A DNA stretch of 64,000 bases, taken from a virus. The notes beneath the pieces are model-generated. The model saw only the letters and a program-made list of their open reading frames with translations, made no database searches and had not been told where the DNA came from. Position numbers and translations under genes: made by a program. Positions 9,957 to 18,803 of the stretch are shown piece by piece. Every line of letters starts with the position of its first letter. Position 1 is the first letter of the stretch. The stretch is taken from positions 58,286 through 122,285 of the IMG/VR virus record IMGVR_UViG_3300032053_000013; one strand, 5' to 3'.

Positions 9957-12900
9957 GTGACTACCAGGCCGACGGACTTCCCTGGGGTGGTGATCGACCC
10001 CTACAGGCAGTGCGTGGTGAACCAGGTGGAGTGGGGCCGGTTCCCCGTGCGCGTCTGCGAGTGCTTCTCCGAGTGCACGAACCCGGGCTCCCCCCTGCCC
10101 ATGATCGTGGAGTGCTTCATCTACGGGCCGGGGCTCGGCCACGAGGACAGGGGGTGCCCCGAGATCACGGGAGGGGCGCTCGGCGTGACCCTCGGGACGC
10201 TGGAGCCCTCCTTCTTCGTCAAGCTCGACCTGCTCTCCGACAGGGACCTACTGGCCGGGGGGTGGACCACGGCGAACACCGCGCTCCGGTTCAACCTCCA
10301 CATCGGGCAGCCCGTGGCGAACTGCGAGGTCTACCTCGAGGACGGGACGGGCAAGAGGGCCTGGGTCTCCTTCGCCCCGTCGGTGGGCGCGGTCCTCTGG
10401 GTCAGCCTCCCCCTGGACGAGTTCACCATCCTGACGCCCGGGTTCTCCTTCGGCGCCGTGCGGTACATCTACTTCGGGTTCCGCCAGAACTACCAGACGT
10501 CCAACTGCATGATGGCCCTGGACAACGTGCGGGTCTGCCACAACCAGGCGGGGGTCGGGGACATGTCCTTCGAGGCGGACTCCCTCCCCTACGGGTCGAA
10601 CAACCTCGGCGACGACTGCACGATGCTGGAGGAGTTCAGCGACGAGCAGGCCATCGGGAGGGTCGAGTGCGACGCGGACGACCCGCAGGTGGCGCCGACC
10701 CCCGAGTGCGACGTGTGCGTCCTCGGGCCCCCGCTGGTGAGCGAGCGCTTCGCGGTCCACTTCTGCGTCGACGAGCCGGGGCCCTACCCGCCGAGCATCA
10801 GGTACGTCCCCGCCGCCGCGTTCGCCCTGACGGCGAACGTCACCTTCACGGCCTACTCGTGGAGGCCCGGCGTGAACTGCCGTGTGTGGCTGGTGGACGA
10901 CCAGGGGAGGAGGGCGAGGTACGACTTCGTGGCCGTGGGCGGGTCGCAGACCATGACCGTCGCCTGGGCCGACTTCACGCTCCTGGACGCGCTGGTCGAC
11001 TGGGGGAACGTCGCGGCCTGGTGGACGGTATTCGGGACCGCGGGGGTCAACGACACGGACAAGTTCGCCCTCGACAGGCTCCTAACGAACAGCGGGGCCG
11101 TGGTCGTCAACCCGATGGAGACCCTGACGGACATCGAGTGCGGGTACGACGAGGAGCCCCAGGAGCCCATCTTCGCCATCGAGTGCAGCTACATCCAGAG
11201 GCTCTCCATCCTCAACGGGGGGCCGAACCCGGTCAGATTCGACTCCCTTCAGTGGAACAGGGCCCTGTCGGTGGCGACGGTGAGCCAGGTCTGCCTCGAC
11301 CCGCAGGGGTACTGGAACCTCGGGGTGGCGCTGAACAACGGGACGGCCGAGTTCCAGGTCGCGCTCGACTTCCAAGTTGGGCCGAACGCCGGGTCCCTCC
11401 GGGAGATCCGGTTCTCCATGTGGGACGAGGTGGGCCGCCAGTTCGTCGTGGGGATCCGGCCCGAGAACGTCGTCAACCCCGGGGACAACCTCTTCACCAT
11501 CCAGACGGGAGGGGGGAACGTCTCGGAGCCCACGCAGGAGTCGAAGGGCAGTTTCAACTCCGGGAGGGTGGTGTTCTGGCAGATGGAGTTCCTGGGGTCG
11601 ACGCCCCTGGAGACGTACCCCTTCGTGGTGAACGTCGAGGGGTTCCGGTTCAGGGGCGCCCCGGCGAGCCCGTGGGCGTGGACGTTCCTCTTCAACGACT
11701 ACGCCGACGTCCCGGCTTTCCAGGCGGCGGGCGGGCTCGCCTGCTACGACGACTACCGGCTCGTCAACATCTACCCCGACGACACCCCGTTCTCCTTCCT
11801 GGTGGGGGCGGGGGTGACGGCGAACGACGCCGCACCGGGGTACCCCGTGCGGAACGTGGGGGTGGACAGGGGCAGGATGCCGATAGCCGTGGCGGGGCAG
11901 GAGGTCAGGGCGGAGCGGGTCTTCGGGACGCCGTGGAACGTCGGGCCCGACCCCTGGACGTCGGTCGTCCTGTGGTACCGGGCGCGGCCAGACCCAGGGC
12001 CCCCGGCGAGGATGCACCTGGTGCTTCAGGACGACGCGGGGAGGACCGCGACCTACTCTTTCGACAACGGGAGCGGGGCCCTCGACGCCGACGGGGTGAG
12101 GCAGTTCACCACCGCGAGGGGCAGCTTCGACGAGCCCATCGGGAACGTCGGGATCCTCATCCGTCTCGTCCGGCTCGTGAAGGAGGGGGTCGACAACTGG
12201 TCGAGGCCGATCCCCGACGTGGGGTCGAGGGCGAATCAGTACTCCGGGGACGAGGTTGACCTCGTGCGGGTCTTGGCCCTTGGAAGCGGGGGCGTCGCCC
12301 AGAACGGGGCGGCGGGCGGGGCCTCCACCATGGCGAACGTCGTCAACGGGTCCATCGGGGCGATGGGTGGGGACGACCAGCCGTCCCTGTTCGACGGGCA
12401 CGTCCACCACCAGACGGAGCCGGGGGACGACCCGCCGGGGTGGCCCTTCACGCGGGGGCCGGACCTTCCCTACACGCCGGAGTTCGACGGGTACCTGGAG
12501 ATCAACAAGTTGGCCCAGGGGCCGACGGCGAAGTTGTCGGCCCTCCTGGTGGACGCGGGGGTCATCGACATTTCCATCTTCAACGGGGACCCCCTCGCGT
12601 GCGTGTTCGTCCTCCTCGCGGGGACGAACTACGGAAGCGGGGTGCAGCTGCACACCATCCGGGACGTCCGCCTCGACCTCCACGACGACCTCGGAGGGAC
12701 CCTGAGCATCCCGTTGGGGTCCCCGAACTCGGGCCTGATGTTCCAGCCCACCTGGTGGATGGGGTACCCCTTCGCCTGCCTGAACACGTCGGACTTCCAG
12801 GTGCGGGAGCAGCTCACCGCGATGTGCTTCAACCTGGGCGACGGGTCCACGACGGGGTTCGACTGGACGAGGCTCCAGTCCTACGACATCGTCTCGGAGA

Positions 12901-15788
12901 GCGGGTGGAGCACGAGCAAGACGTGGTTCTTCCAGGTCTTCATCGGGGAGTGGGACGGCATCAACCAGTTCAGCTGCAACTGGAACCGCACCTCCTGGAA
13001 GAGGCTCCTCGGGTTCGTGAACCCGTCGAACCAGGTTGACGTGGGCAGGAAGCTCGACCCGAAGATGACGCCCCTGATCGCCCTCAACTGCGACAAGAGC
13101 AGGCCCATCGCCTACTGGGGGATGGCGGAGGGGGCGGTCCGGGCGGCGGAGATCGTCCTGGTCCCCGCCAAGTACAGGGACGACGACATCGTCGGGGTCG
13201 ACGGGAACAGGGGGTACGACGAGTTCGGGGACCCGCTGCCGGGGGTGCTGGAGGCCCTCGCCAGGGACACGCGGGCCTGGTACGGGAACGTCGCCTTCCA
13301 GGCGGCGCCCTTCGCCGGGTGCCGCAACATCTGGATGGACATCTGCTACATCGACGAGGTGGAGTGCCTCGGGACGGACCTGACGAAGGCCCTGTACCAG
13401 TTCTGGGACACGGAGTGTCCGTGCTACGGGACGCCCGAGGAGATTTCCAACCTCGCGACCGACCGCTGGATGGACCGGATCCTGCCCGACGACCAGTTCA
13501 TACTGGAGCCCGGGGGGATGGCGCTGCCCTACGGCTACCCCGAGGCCATCCGGTTCGAGTACTGCGGGGTCCCGGACCTGGACGTGGCGGCGCAGGACGA
13601 CACGGACCCGGCCTTCACCTTCAAGAGGGAGACTCCCTCCTGCGCCAGGCCGGACGACCCGATCAACCTGACGTACGGCCACTACGTCGCGAGGGTCACC
13701 CTCACGGCGAAGCAGGCTCCGATCACGGTCAACTGGGCGGACGTCCTGCCCGCGGGGGAGGCCCTGGTCCAGGGGGCCATGGCCGAGATCATCACGCTCG
13801 TTAACGTCGGGGACGTGGCGGTCAGGGAGTACATGCTGAGGACCGCGCAGCTCCAGGGGGGGAGCGCGGCGATCGCCGGGGCGGCCGTCGTCGCGCCGAG
13901 CCCCGCCGTCACCCTCGCCTCCCCGCCGACCACGATGGACATCAACTGCGACACGCTCTCCTGGCACTCCTTCGGGAGCCAGGACCCGAACGTCTACGGG
14001 GTGGCGTACTGGGCGGGCGGCGGCAGGCCGGACCCGGTGGTCCCGCCGGGGGTCGGCCTGTGGGCGAAGGTGTGGGCGGGGCCGGGGTCCGCGGGGCTGA
14101 GCGTCAGGGAGCAGTACCTCTTCGCGGACGCCACGATCCCCGCGCAGGCCGGGCCGTTCACGGTAGTGTTCAATCTCGGGGGGACCGGGATCGAGGGGTT
14201 CTCCCCGGGCCTCCCGGTGTGGGTCTTCAACACGGACTTCGTGGACAACCCCGTGCGGAGGATCTCGGGACTCGACATCGAGGCGCAGGAGTCGTCCGCC
14301 AACCCGGACGAGGAGGTCACGGGCCTGTACGGGGTCGTCGACTCGATCGACCCCGTGCTCATGACGGTCTCGGTGCGGTTCCCCGACACCCTGGACCAGC
14401 AGGTCCGGTTCACCACGCTGGCGAAGGCCTGCGTCATGGTGGCCCCGGCCCAGTCGAGGGGCTACTACTGGGAGGCGAGCCCAGGGATGGTGGACCTCTG
14501 CAAGATGGAGGTGCCGCCCGTGCACACGGCCATCCGGTGGGGGTACCGCTACTGGAACGCGACGAAGTACCCGGCGCCGGGGACGAGCGGGGCGGCCTAC
14601 GTCTGCGACGGGGACGGGGAGAGCTACCTGTACGAGCTCCACGGGGAGGCGCCGAAGGACATCATCAACCCGGTGGACTGGATGGACCTCCTGTGCAGCC
14701 CCGTGCTGGAGACCAAGCTGCTGAACGACGCCCTGCCAGGGCAGAACGACGTGCGGGTCTGCGACATCTGCCTGTTCGCCCCGTGCGACATCATCCAGAT
14801 CGTGGACCTCGCCTGCACCGGCAGGGAGGGCGGGGGGGCGGGGTACGTCGGGGCGGTGGTGGCCACCGTCTCGGACGACCCGGGGAAGTCGTGCGCCAGC
14901 CTGTACGCGGTCGAGGGGCACGTGCTGATCGTCCCCAAGATCCTGACGTCCGTGGCCGGGTGCGGGACGATCGACGGGTACAAGACCACGCGCAAGGCCA
15001 GGGCGTTCGTGAGGCCCGACGTGGCGCGGTACGCATACAGCCCGACCACGAAGTGCCTGCCGGACGGGAGCCCCGTGGAGGGGCCGAACTTCGTCTGCGT
15101 GGACTTCGAGGGGGGGAAGTTCACCTTCTACCCCCTGGTGGTGGCGAACAACCCGTGCGCCTGCTTCAGGTCCCTCCAGTCCAGCGTCAGGCTGAACGTG
15201 CAGGAGCCGGGGATCTACTTCCTGAAGGGGATCGACAAGAGCGGGTGCCTGAGCCCGCCGAGCAAGCCCATCAAGATCGTCGGGGCGGGGGCGGAGCCGA
15301 ACACCTGCGGCGTGGGCCTCTCCCCCACCCTGCTGACCCACAAGACCTTCGGGGACCCGGGGACGGAGGAGGACTTCGTGGGGCCGCCGCCCGCGTACAT
15401 CGAGATCGCCGGGTCGACCATCACCTTCGCCCTCGCGACCTGGTCGCGGGTGGAGATCAGGGCGTCCCTCTTCGGGTTCGACGTCCTCTTCGGGAGCAAG
15501 GGCGGTCTGGACGCCGCGGGGTGGACCGAGCTCTGGGCCAGGGACATGACCTCCGGCATCTACTACAGGCTCGCGGACCGCATGACGTACGGGTACACCG
15601 CCGACGTACCCGCCGCCCAGACGGACTCCGGGGCCGGGTCCGTGTGCTCCAGGGTCATGGACCTCGCGGCGGGGGCCTACACGTTCAACCTCTACATCAA
15701 GAACGGGAACCCGCCGTCGGCAGCGAGGATCCGGTACCCGGTGGACGTCCAGGCCTGGAGATTCGGGCTCTGCGCCCCTCCGACGTAG
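9957..15788 (+). CDS. Very large Cys-rich virion structural protein (1943 aa)
   Basis: GGAAGG RBS, GC3-rich coding frame, beta-rich modules, tail-module context. Confidence 0.75.
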   Translation: MTTRPTDFPGVVIDPYRQCVVNQVEWGRFPVRVCECFSECTNPGSPLPMIVECFIYGPGLGHEDRGCPEITGGALGVTLGTLEPSFFVKLDLLSDRDLLAGGWTTANTALRFNLHIGQPVANCEVYLEDGTGKRAWVSFAPSVGAVLWVSLPLDEFTILTPGFSFGAVRYIYFGFRQNYQTSNCMMALDNVRVCHNQAGVGDMSFEADSLPYGSNNLGDDCTMLEEFSDEQAIGRVECDADDPQVAPTPECDVCVLGPPLVSERFAVHFCVDEPGPYPPSIRYVPAAAFALTANVTFTAYSWRPGVNCRVWLVDDQGRRARYDFVAVGGSQTMTVAWADFTLLDALVDWGNVAAWWTVFGTAGVNDTDKFALDRLLTNSGAVVVNPMETLTDIECGYDEEPQEPIFAIECSYIQRLSILNGGPNPVRFDSLQWNRALSVATVSQVCLDPQGYWNLGVALNNGTAEFQVALDFQVGPNAGSLREIRFSMWDEVGRQFVVGIRPENVVNPGDNLFTIQTGGGNVSEPTQESKGSFNSGRVVFWQMEFLGSTPLETYPFVVNVEGFRFRGAPASPWAWTFLFNDYADVPAFQAAGGLACYDDYRLVNIYPDDTPFSFLVGAGVTANDAAPGYPVRNVGVDRGRMPIAVAGQEVRAERVFGTPWNVGPDPWTSVVLWYRARPDPGPPARMHLVLQDDAGRTATYSFDNGSGALDADGVRQFTTARGSFDEPIGNVGILIRLVRLVKEGVDNWSRPIPDVGSRANQYSGDEVDLVRVLALGSGGVAQNGAAGGASTMANVVNGSIGAMGGDDQPSLFDGHVHHQTEPGDDPPGWPFTRGPDLPYTPEFDGYLEINKLAQGPTAKLSALLVDAGVIDISIFNGDPLACVFVLLAGTNYGSGVQLHTIRDVRLDLHDDLGGTLSIPLGSPNSGLMFQPTWWMGYPFACLNTSDFQVREQLTAMCFNLGDGSTTGFDWTRLQSYDIVSESGWSTSKTWFFQVFIGEWDGINQFSCNWNRTSWKRLLGFVNPSNQVDVGRKLDPKMTPLIALNCDKSRPIAYWGMAEGAVRAAEIVLVPAKYRDDDIVGVDGNRGYDEFGDPLPGVLEALARDTRAWYGNVAFQAAPFAGCRNIWMDICYIDEVECLGTDLTKALYQFWDTECPCYGTPEEISNLATDRWMDRILPDDQFILEPGGMALPYGYPEAIRFEYCGVPDLDVAAQDDTDPAFTFKRETPSCARPDDPINLTYGHYVARVTLTAKQAPITVNWADVLPAGEALVQGAMAEIITLVNVGDVAVREYMLRTAQLQGGSAAIAGAAVVAPSPAVTLASPPTTMDINCDTLSWHSFGSQDPNVYGVAYWAGGGRPDPVVPPGVGLWAKVWAGPGSAGLSVREQYLFADATIPAQAGPFTVVFNLGGTGIEGFSPGLPVWVFNTDFVDNPVRRISGLDIEAQESSANPDEEVTGLYGVVDSIDPVLMTVSVRFPDTLDQQVRFTTLAKACVMVAPAQSRGYYWEASPGMVDLCKMEVPPVHTAIRWGYRYWNATKYPAPGTSGAAYVCDGDGESYLYELHGEAPKDIINPVDWMDLLCSPVLETKLLNDALPGQNDVRVCDICLFAPCDIIQIVDLACTGREGGGAGYVGAVVATVSDDPGKSCASLYAVEGHVLIVPKILTSVAGCGTIDGYKTTRKARAFVRPDVARYAYSPTTKCLPDGSPVEGPNFVCVDFEGGKFTFYPLVVANNPCACFRSLQSSVRLNVQEPGIYFLKGIDKSGCLSPPSKPIKIVGAGAEPNTCGVGLSPTLLTHKTFGDPGTEEDFVGPPPAYIEIAGSTITFALATWSRVEIRASLFGFDVLFGSKGGLDAAGWTELWARDMTSGIYYRLADRMTYGYTADVPAAQTDSGAGSVCSRVMDLAAGAYTFNLYIKNGNPPSAARIRYPVDVQAWRFGLCAPPT

Positions 15789-15799
15789 TGAGGTGAAGG

Positions 15800-16027
15800 A
15801 TGGACATGGGGACGAGGGGGGACCGGAGGGAGGTGTGGGTGGTCTACAACCGCCTCTCCGGGTCGGTGCTGGCGGTCCTCCGCGGGGAGCCCGTAAGGGA
15901 CGCGTTCCCCCCGTCGAAGTACGGAGCCGTCAAGGCGTCGCTGAGCGCCGCGGAGATCGGGAAGGCGCACCAGCTCCGGGTCGAGGGGGGGAGGGTGGTC
16001 CACGCACCGTCCCTGGCGGGGATCTGA
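15800..16027 (+). CDS. Small hypothetical protein (possible fibre chaperone)
   Basis: GAGGTG RBS; WVVYNxxSGSVL resembles N-terminus of 6237 ORF. Confidence 0.6.
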   Translation: MDMGTRGDRREVWVVYNRLSGSVLAVLRGEPVRDAFPPSKYGAVKASLSAAEIGKAHQLRVEGGRVVHAPSLAGI

Positions 16028-16031
16028 CGTC

Positions 16032-16060
16032 TTGCACCCCCCGGGGGCCGGTGGTAGGAT
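16032..16060 (+). promoter_or_regulatory. Possible sigma70-like promoter TTGCAC-N17-TAGGAT
   Basis: Hexamer similarity in intergenic gap upstream of 16108 ORF. Confidence 0.3.
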
Positions 16061-16107
16061 TGAGTCCTACGGGAGAGCAGTGACAGGACGTAGTCAGGAG
16101 GACGCCG

Positions 16108-16347
16108 ATGCCCATTCCCATCATCACCGAGGACATCTCGTTCCAGCACATCTCCAGCCCGCTGGGCAACCCCGGCTCGCCGTTCGACAAGGCGCTGTGC
16201 AACCGGGACTACATCGTCTCGGCGTACATCAAGAAGATCAACCCGAGCTACCCGAAGATCAGCCTCGCGGACGAGGTCATGGCCCAGTGCAAGGCCGTGT
16301 TCCCCGGCTTCGGCGACTTCGGGCCTGGCGGCGGCCCCCTGGCGTAG
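16108..16347 (+). CDS. Small hypothetical protein
   Basis: AGGAGG RBS, GC3-rich frame. Confidence 0.7.
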   Translation: MPIPIITEDISFQHISSPLGNPGSPFDKALCNRDYIVSAYIKKINPSYPKISLADEVMAQCKAVFPGFGDFGPGGGPLA

Positions 16348-16379
16348 GGAACGCGCTGAGCGTGCATCCGATAAGGGAG

Positions 16380-16407
16380 TGGGCGGAGGATGGTCTCCGC
16401 CCATTTT
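16380..16407 (+). terminator. Intrinsic terminator-like hairpin upstream of metacaspase
   Basis: TGGGCGGAG-GATGGT-CTCCGCCCA then TTTT. Confidence 0.55.
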
Positions 16408-16423
16408 CCTATGGGGATGGGCC

Positions 16424-17356
16424 ATGAAACGCGCACTTTTGGTCGGCATCAATAGGTATCCAGGTGCCCCCTTACGCGGGGCGCTGAACGACGTCGAGGA
16501 CTGGCACGGGGTCCTCGCGGCGCGAGGGGGGTACTCCCCGGACAACATCAGGGCGGTGTGCGACGAGCGGGCCACGACGCAGGGCATACGGGACCGCATG
16601 GCGTGGCTCAGGGAGGGGCTGAAGGGGCCCGGCGACGAGGTCTTCTTCGCCTTCTCGGGACACGGCTCCCAGGTCCGCGACAGGGGCGTCCTCGACGAGC
16701 TCGCGGACAACCTGGACGAGATCCTCGTGCCCGTGGACATCGACTGGAACACCAGGGTCATCACGGACGACGACGTCGGGGACTGGCTCAAGACCTTCCC
16801 GGCGGGGGCCAAGATCACGGTGGTCTTGGATTGCTGCAACAGCGGATCCGGGACCAGGGGGCTCAGGCCCCCCCAGGAGAACCCGCACTACAAGGCAGAC
16901 CGATACCTCCCGCCGCCCCTGGACATCGCCCTCAGGGCCGGTGGGCTCGCCACGCGGAGGGGCGTGGAGGTCGGCGTCAGGATAGGGTGCGGGCACGGGA
17001 AGAGGAACGGCTGGAGGGAGGCCAAGGCGAACGGCAAGAAGAAGAGCCTGTTCTGGTGGAGGAATCCGAGCCCGAGGCCCAAGCCCGCCCCGATTTCCAC
17101 CCCTGCCCCGGCGCTGAGCCACGTCCTCATCTCCGGCTGCCGGAGCGACCAGACCAGCGCGGACGCGCTCATCAACGGGAGGTACAACGGAGCCCTGTCG
17201 CGCTTCCTCATCGACGCGGTCAGGATGTCCCCGAAGGGGACGCCGATGGCGGCCGTCCAGGCCGAGGCGAGGAAGGCGATCATCCTGGCCGGGTACACCC
17301 AGGAGTCGCAGATCGAGGGGCCGGAGTTCCTGCTCAAGGCCCCGTTCTTCATGTAG
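16424..17356 (+). CDS. Caspase-family peptidase C14 (metacaspase)
   Basis: KRALLVGINRY..LRGALNDV start, FSGHG (His) and LDCCNSG (Cys) dyad, p10 SGCRSDQTSAD..GALS. Confidence 0.92.
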   Translation: MKRALLVGINRYPGAPLRGALNDVEDWHGVLAARGGYSPDNIRAVCDERATTQGIRDRMAWLREGLKGPGDEVFFAFSGHGSQVRDRGVLDELADNLDEILVPVDIDWNTRVITDDDVGDWLKTFPAGAKITVVLDCCNSGSGTRGLRPPQENPHYKADRYLPPPLDIALRAGGLATRRGVEVGVRIGCGHGKRNGWREAKANGKKKSLFWWRNPSPRPKPAPISTPAPALSHVLISGCRSDQTSADALINGRYNGALSRFLIDAVRMSPKGTPMAAVQAEARKAIILAGYTQESQIEGPEFLLKAPFFM

Positions 17357-17365
17357 GAGGCGCAC

Positions 17366-18232
17366 ATGACGGTTCCGTACTTCACCCCCGAGGACAAGAG
17401 CATCTACGGCACGTTCGCCGATGAGTACCAGAGGCTCCTCGACAACATCGCGAGCGGCTTCGCCAACGTGGGGTCCGAGGAGAAGATGATGGACGCTGGC
17501 GGGGCCGGGGTGGGCTACGTCCACTTCCTTTCGCAGCCCGACGCCGAGGACGCCATCATGATCGACGGGCAGATCTACCGCTACTTCCAGGGGTCGCCCC
17601 CGAGGCCCCCGCGCCCGCCGTGGCGTCCGCCGTGGAGGCCGATACCCCGCCCCCGCGAGCCCTTCCTCCCGAGGGAGATCCTCCCGAGGGAGATCCCGTC
17701 CGGCGAGTTCGACGTGGGGATCATCATCGGGAACGACGTCGAGCAGACCATCGACCGCACCGCCGCCGCGATCGAGGGCAACATCTACACGGGCGTCCGG
17801 GGCATCCGGGCGGTCAACGGGGCCGGGCCGGTCCTCCTCCTGGCGGCCAGGTGGGCGGGGGCCGACTCCAACTTCCCGATCGAGGAGAGCACGGGCGGTG
17901 TCCGCATGGTGGTGGGCGAGGGCGAGGCGCGGAGCGCCGCGACCCCCCGCCAGAGGAAGGTCGTGACCTGCAACTACGCCATGAACGGGCGCGACATCGC
18001 GGCCCTGGCGGCGCCGTGCGAGATACCGATCATGTGCTGCATCGCCAGCACCTCCCCGCAGTTCGGGGGGGCGATCCTTTTGCGGGGGATGGGCCTCAAC
18101 GTGGTCCCCTTCACGACGGACGTCGGCTTCGGCGTCCGGCAGATCGGGGACGAGCTCTGGATCATCACGATTCACGACCTGGGCGGGGTCATCCAGGAAG
18201 GCGACGCCATGCTCGTGACCGCGTGGACGTAA
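17366..18232 (+). CDS. Putative virion decoration/fibre protein with shared N-terminal anchor
   Basis: YFTPEDKSIYG N-terminus shared with 18804 ORF; Pro/Arg insert. Confidence 0.6.
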   Translation: MTVPYFTPEDKSIYGTFADEYQRLLDNIASGFANVGSEEKMMDAGGAGVGYVHFLSQPDAEDAIMIDGQIYRYFQGSPPRPPRPPWRPPWRPIPRPREPFLPREILPREIPSGEFDVGIIIGNDVEQTIDRTAAAIEGNIYTGVRGIRAVNGAGPVLLLAARWAGADSNFPIEESTGGVRMVVGEGEARSAATPRQRKVVTCNYAMNGRDIAALAAPCEIPIMCCIASTSPQFGGAILLRGMGLNVVPFTTDVGFGVRQIGDELWIITIHDLGGVIQEGDAMLVTAWT

Positions 18233-18265
18233 CCCGCCGAAGGCGGAGAGAAGAAGGAGGACAAG

Positions 18266-18706
18266 ATGGGAGCCTACGTAAGACCTGACAAGGCGATCCG
18301 GGAGAACATCATCGTCAAGATGGAGGAGGACCGCGACGCGATCCAGGCCGCCTTCTCCTCCAGCCTCGTCGAGACCTCGGTGGACTTCATCAACGACGCC
18401 CCCCCGGTGGGCGGCGACGTGCGGATCAGGATGGCGCTGGGCACGATGACACCCGTGTCGGGGTTCTGCTGCTGCATGCCGGGGACCGGACCCGGGGCGA
18501 CCATGGACATCAAGATCGGCACCCCCGGAGGCCCCTCGATCCTGACGGCCCCGGCCCCGATCGCCTCGACCCCCGGCGTCCCGGTGCCGCTGTCGTTCGT
18601 CCCCGGAGTGTCGATCCCGGCGGGCACCCCGATCTGCTACGTCCTGACGGACATCGGCGCGCCGGTGATCTTCCCGACGGCGAACGTGCAGTGGCTCGTG
18701 AGCTGA
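18266..18706 (+). CDS. Putative virion protein with related N-terminal anchor
   Basis: YVRPDKAIRENII..RDAIQAAF; AGGAGG RBS. Confidence 0.6.
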   Translation: MGAYVRPDKAIRENIIVKMEEDRDAIQAAFSSSLVETSVDFINDAPPVGGDVRIRMALGTMTPVSGFCCCMPGTGPGATMDIKIGTPGGPSILTAPAPIASTPGVPVPLSFVPGVSIPAGTPICYVLTDIGAPVIFPTANVQWLVS

Positions 18707-18803
18707 CGCATTCGATGCCGTAGCAGGATTCCCAAAGGAACCAGCCAGCGGGTCGCGGGAGCCGGAATATAAGCCCGGCCCCTGAATTAGGGGGAGAAGA
18801 CCA

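Noticed and set aside
7253-15341. Very long minus-strand ORFs (7253-9883, 11082-15341; also 30426-32582, 36764-39883, 44791-46893)
   Set aside because: Antisense shadows of GC3-rich genes: low-complexity R/P/G/V content, no motifs, no promoters or RBS on that strand.
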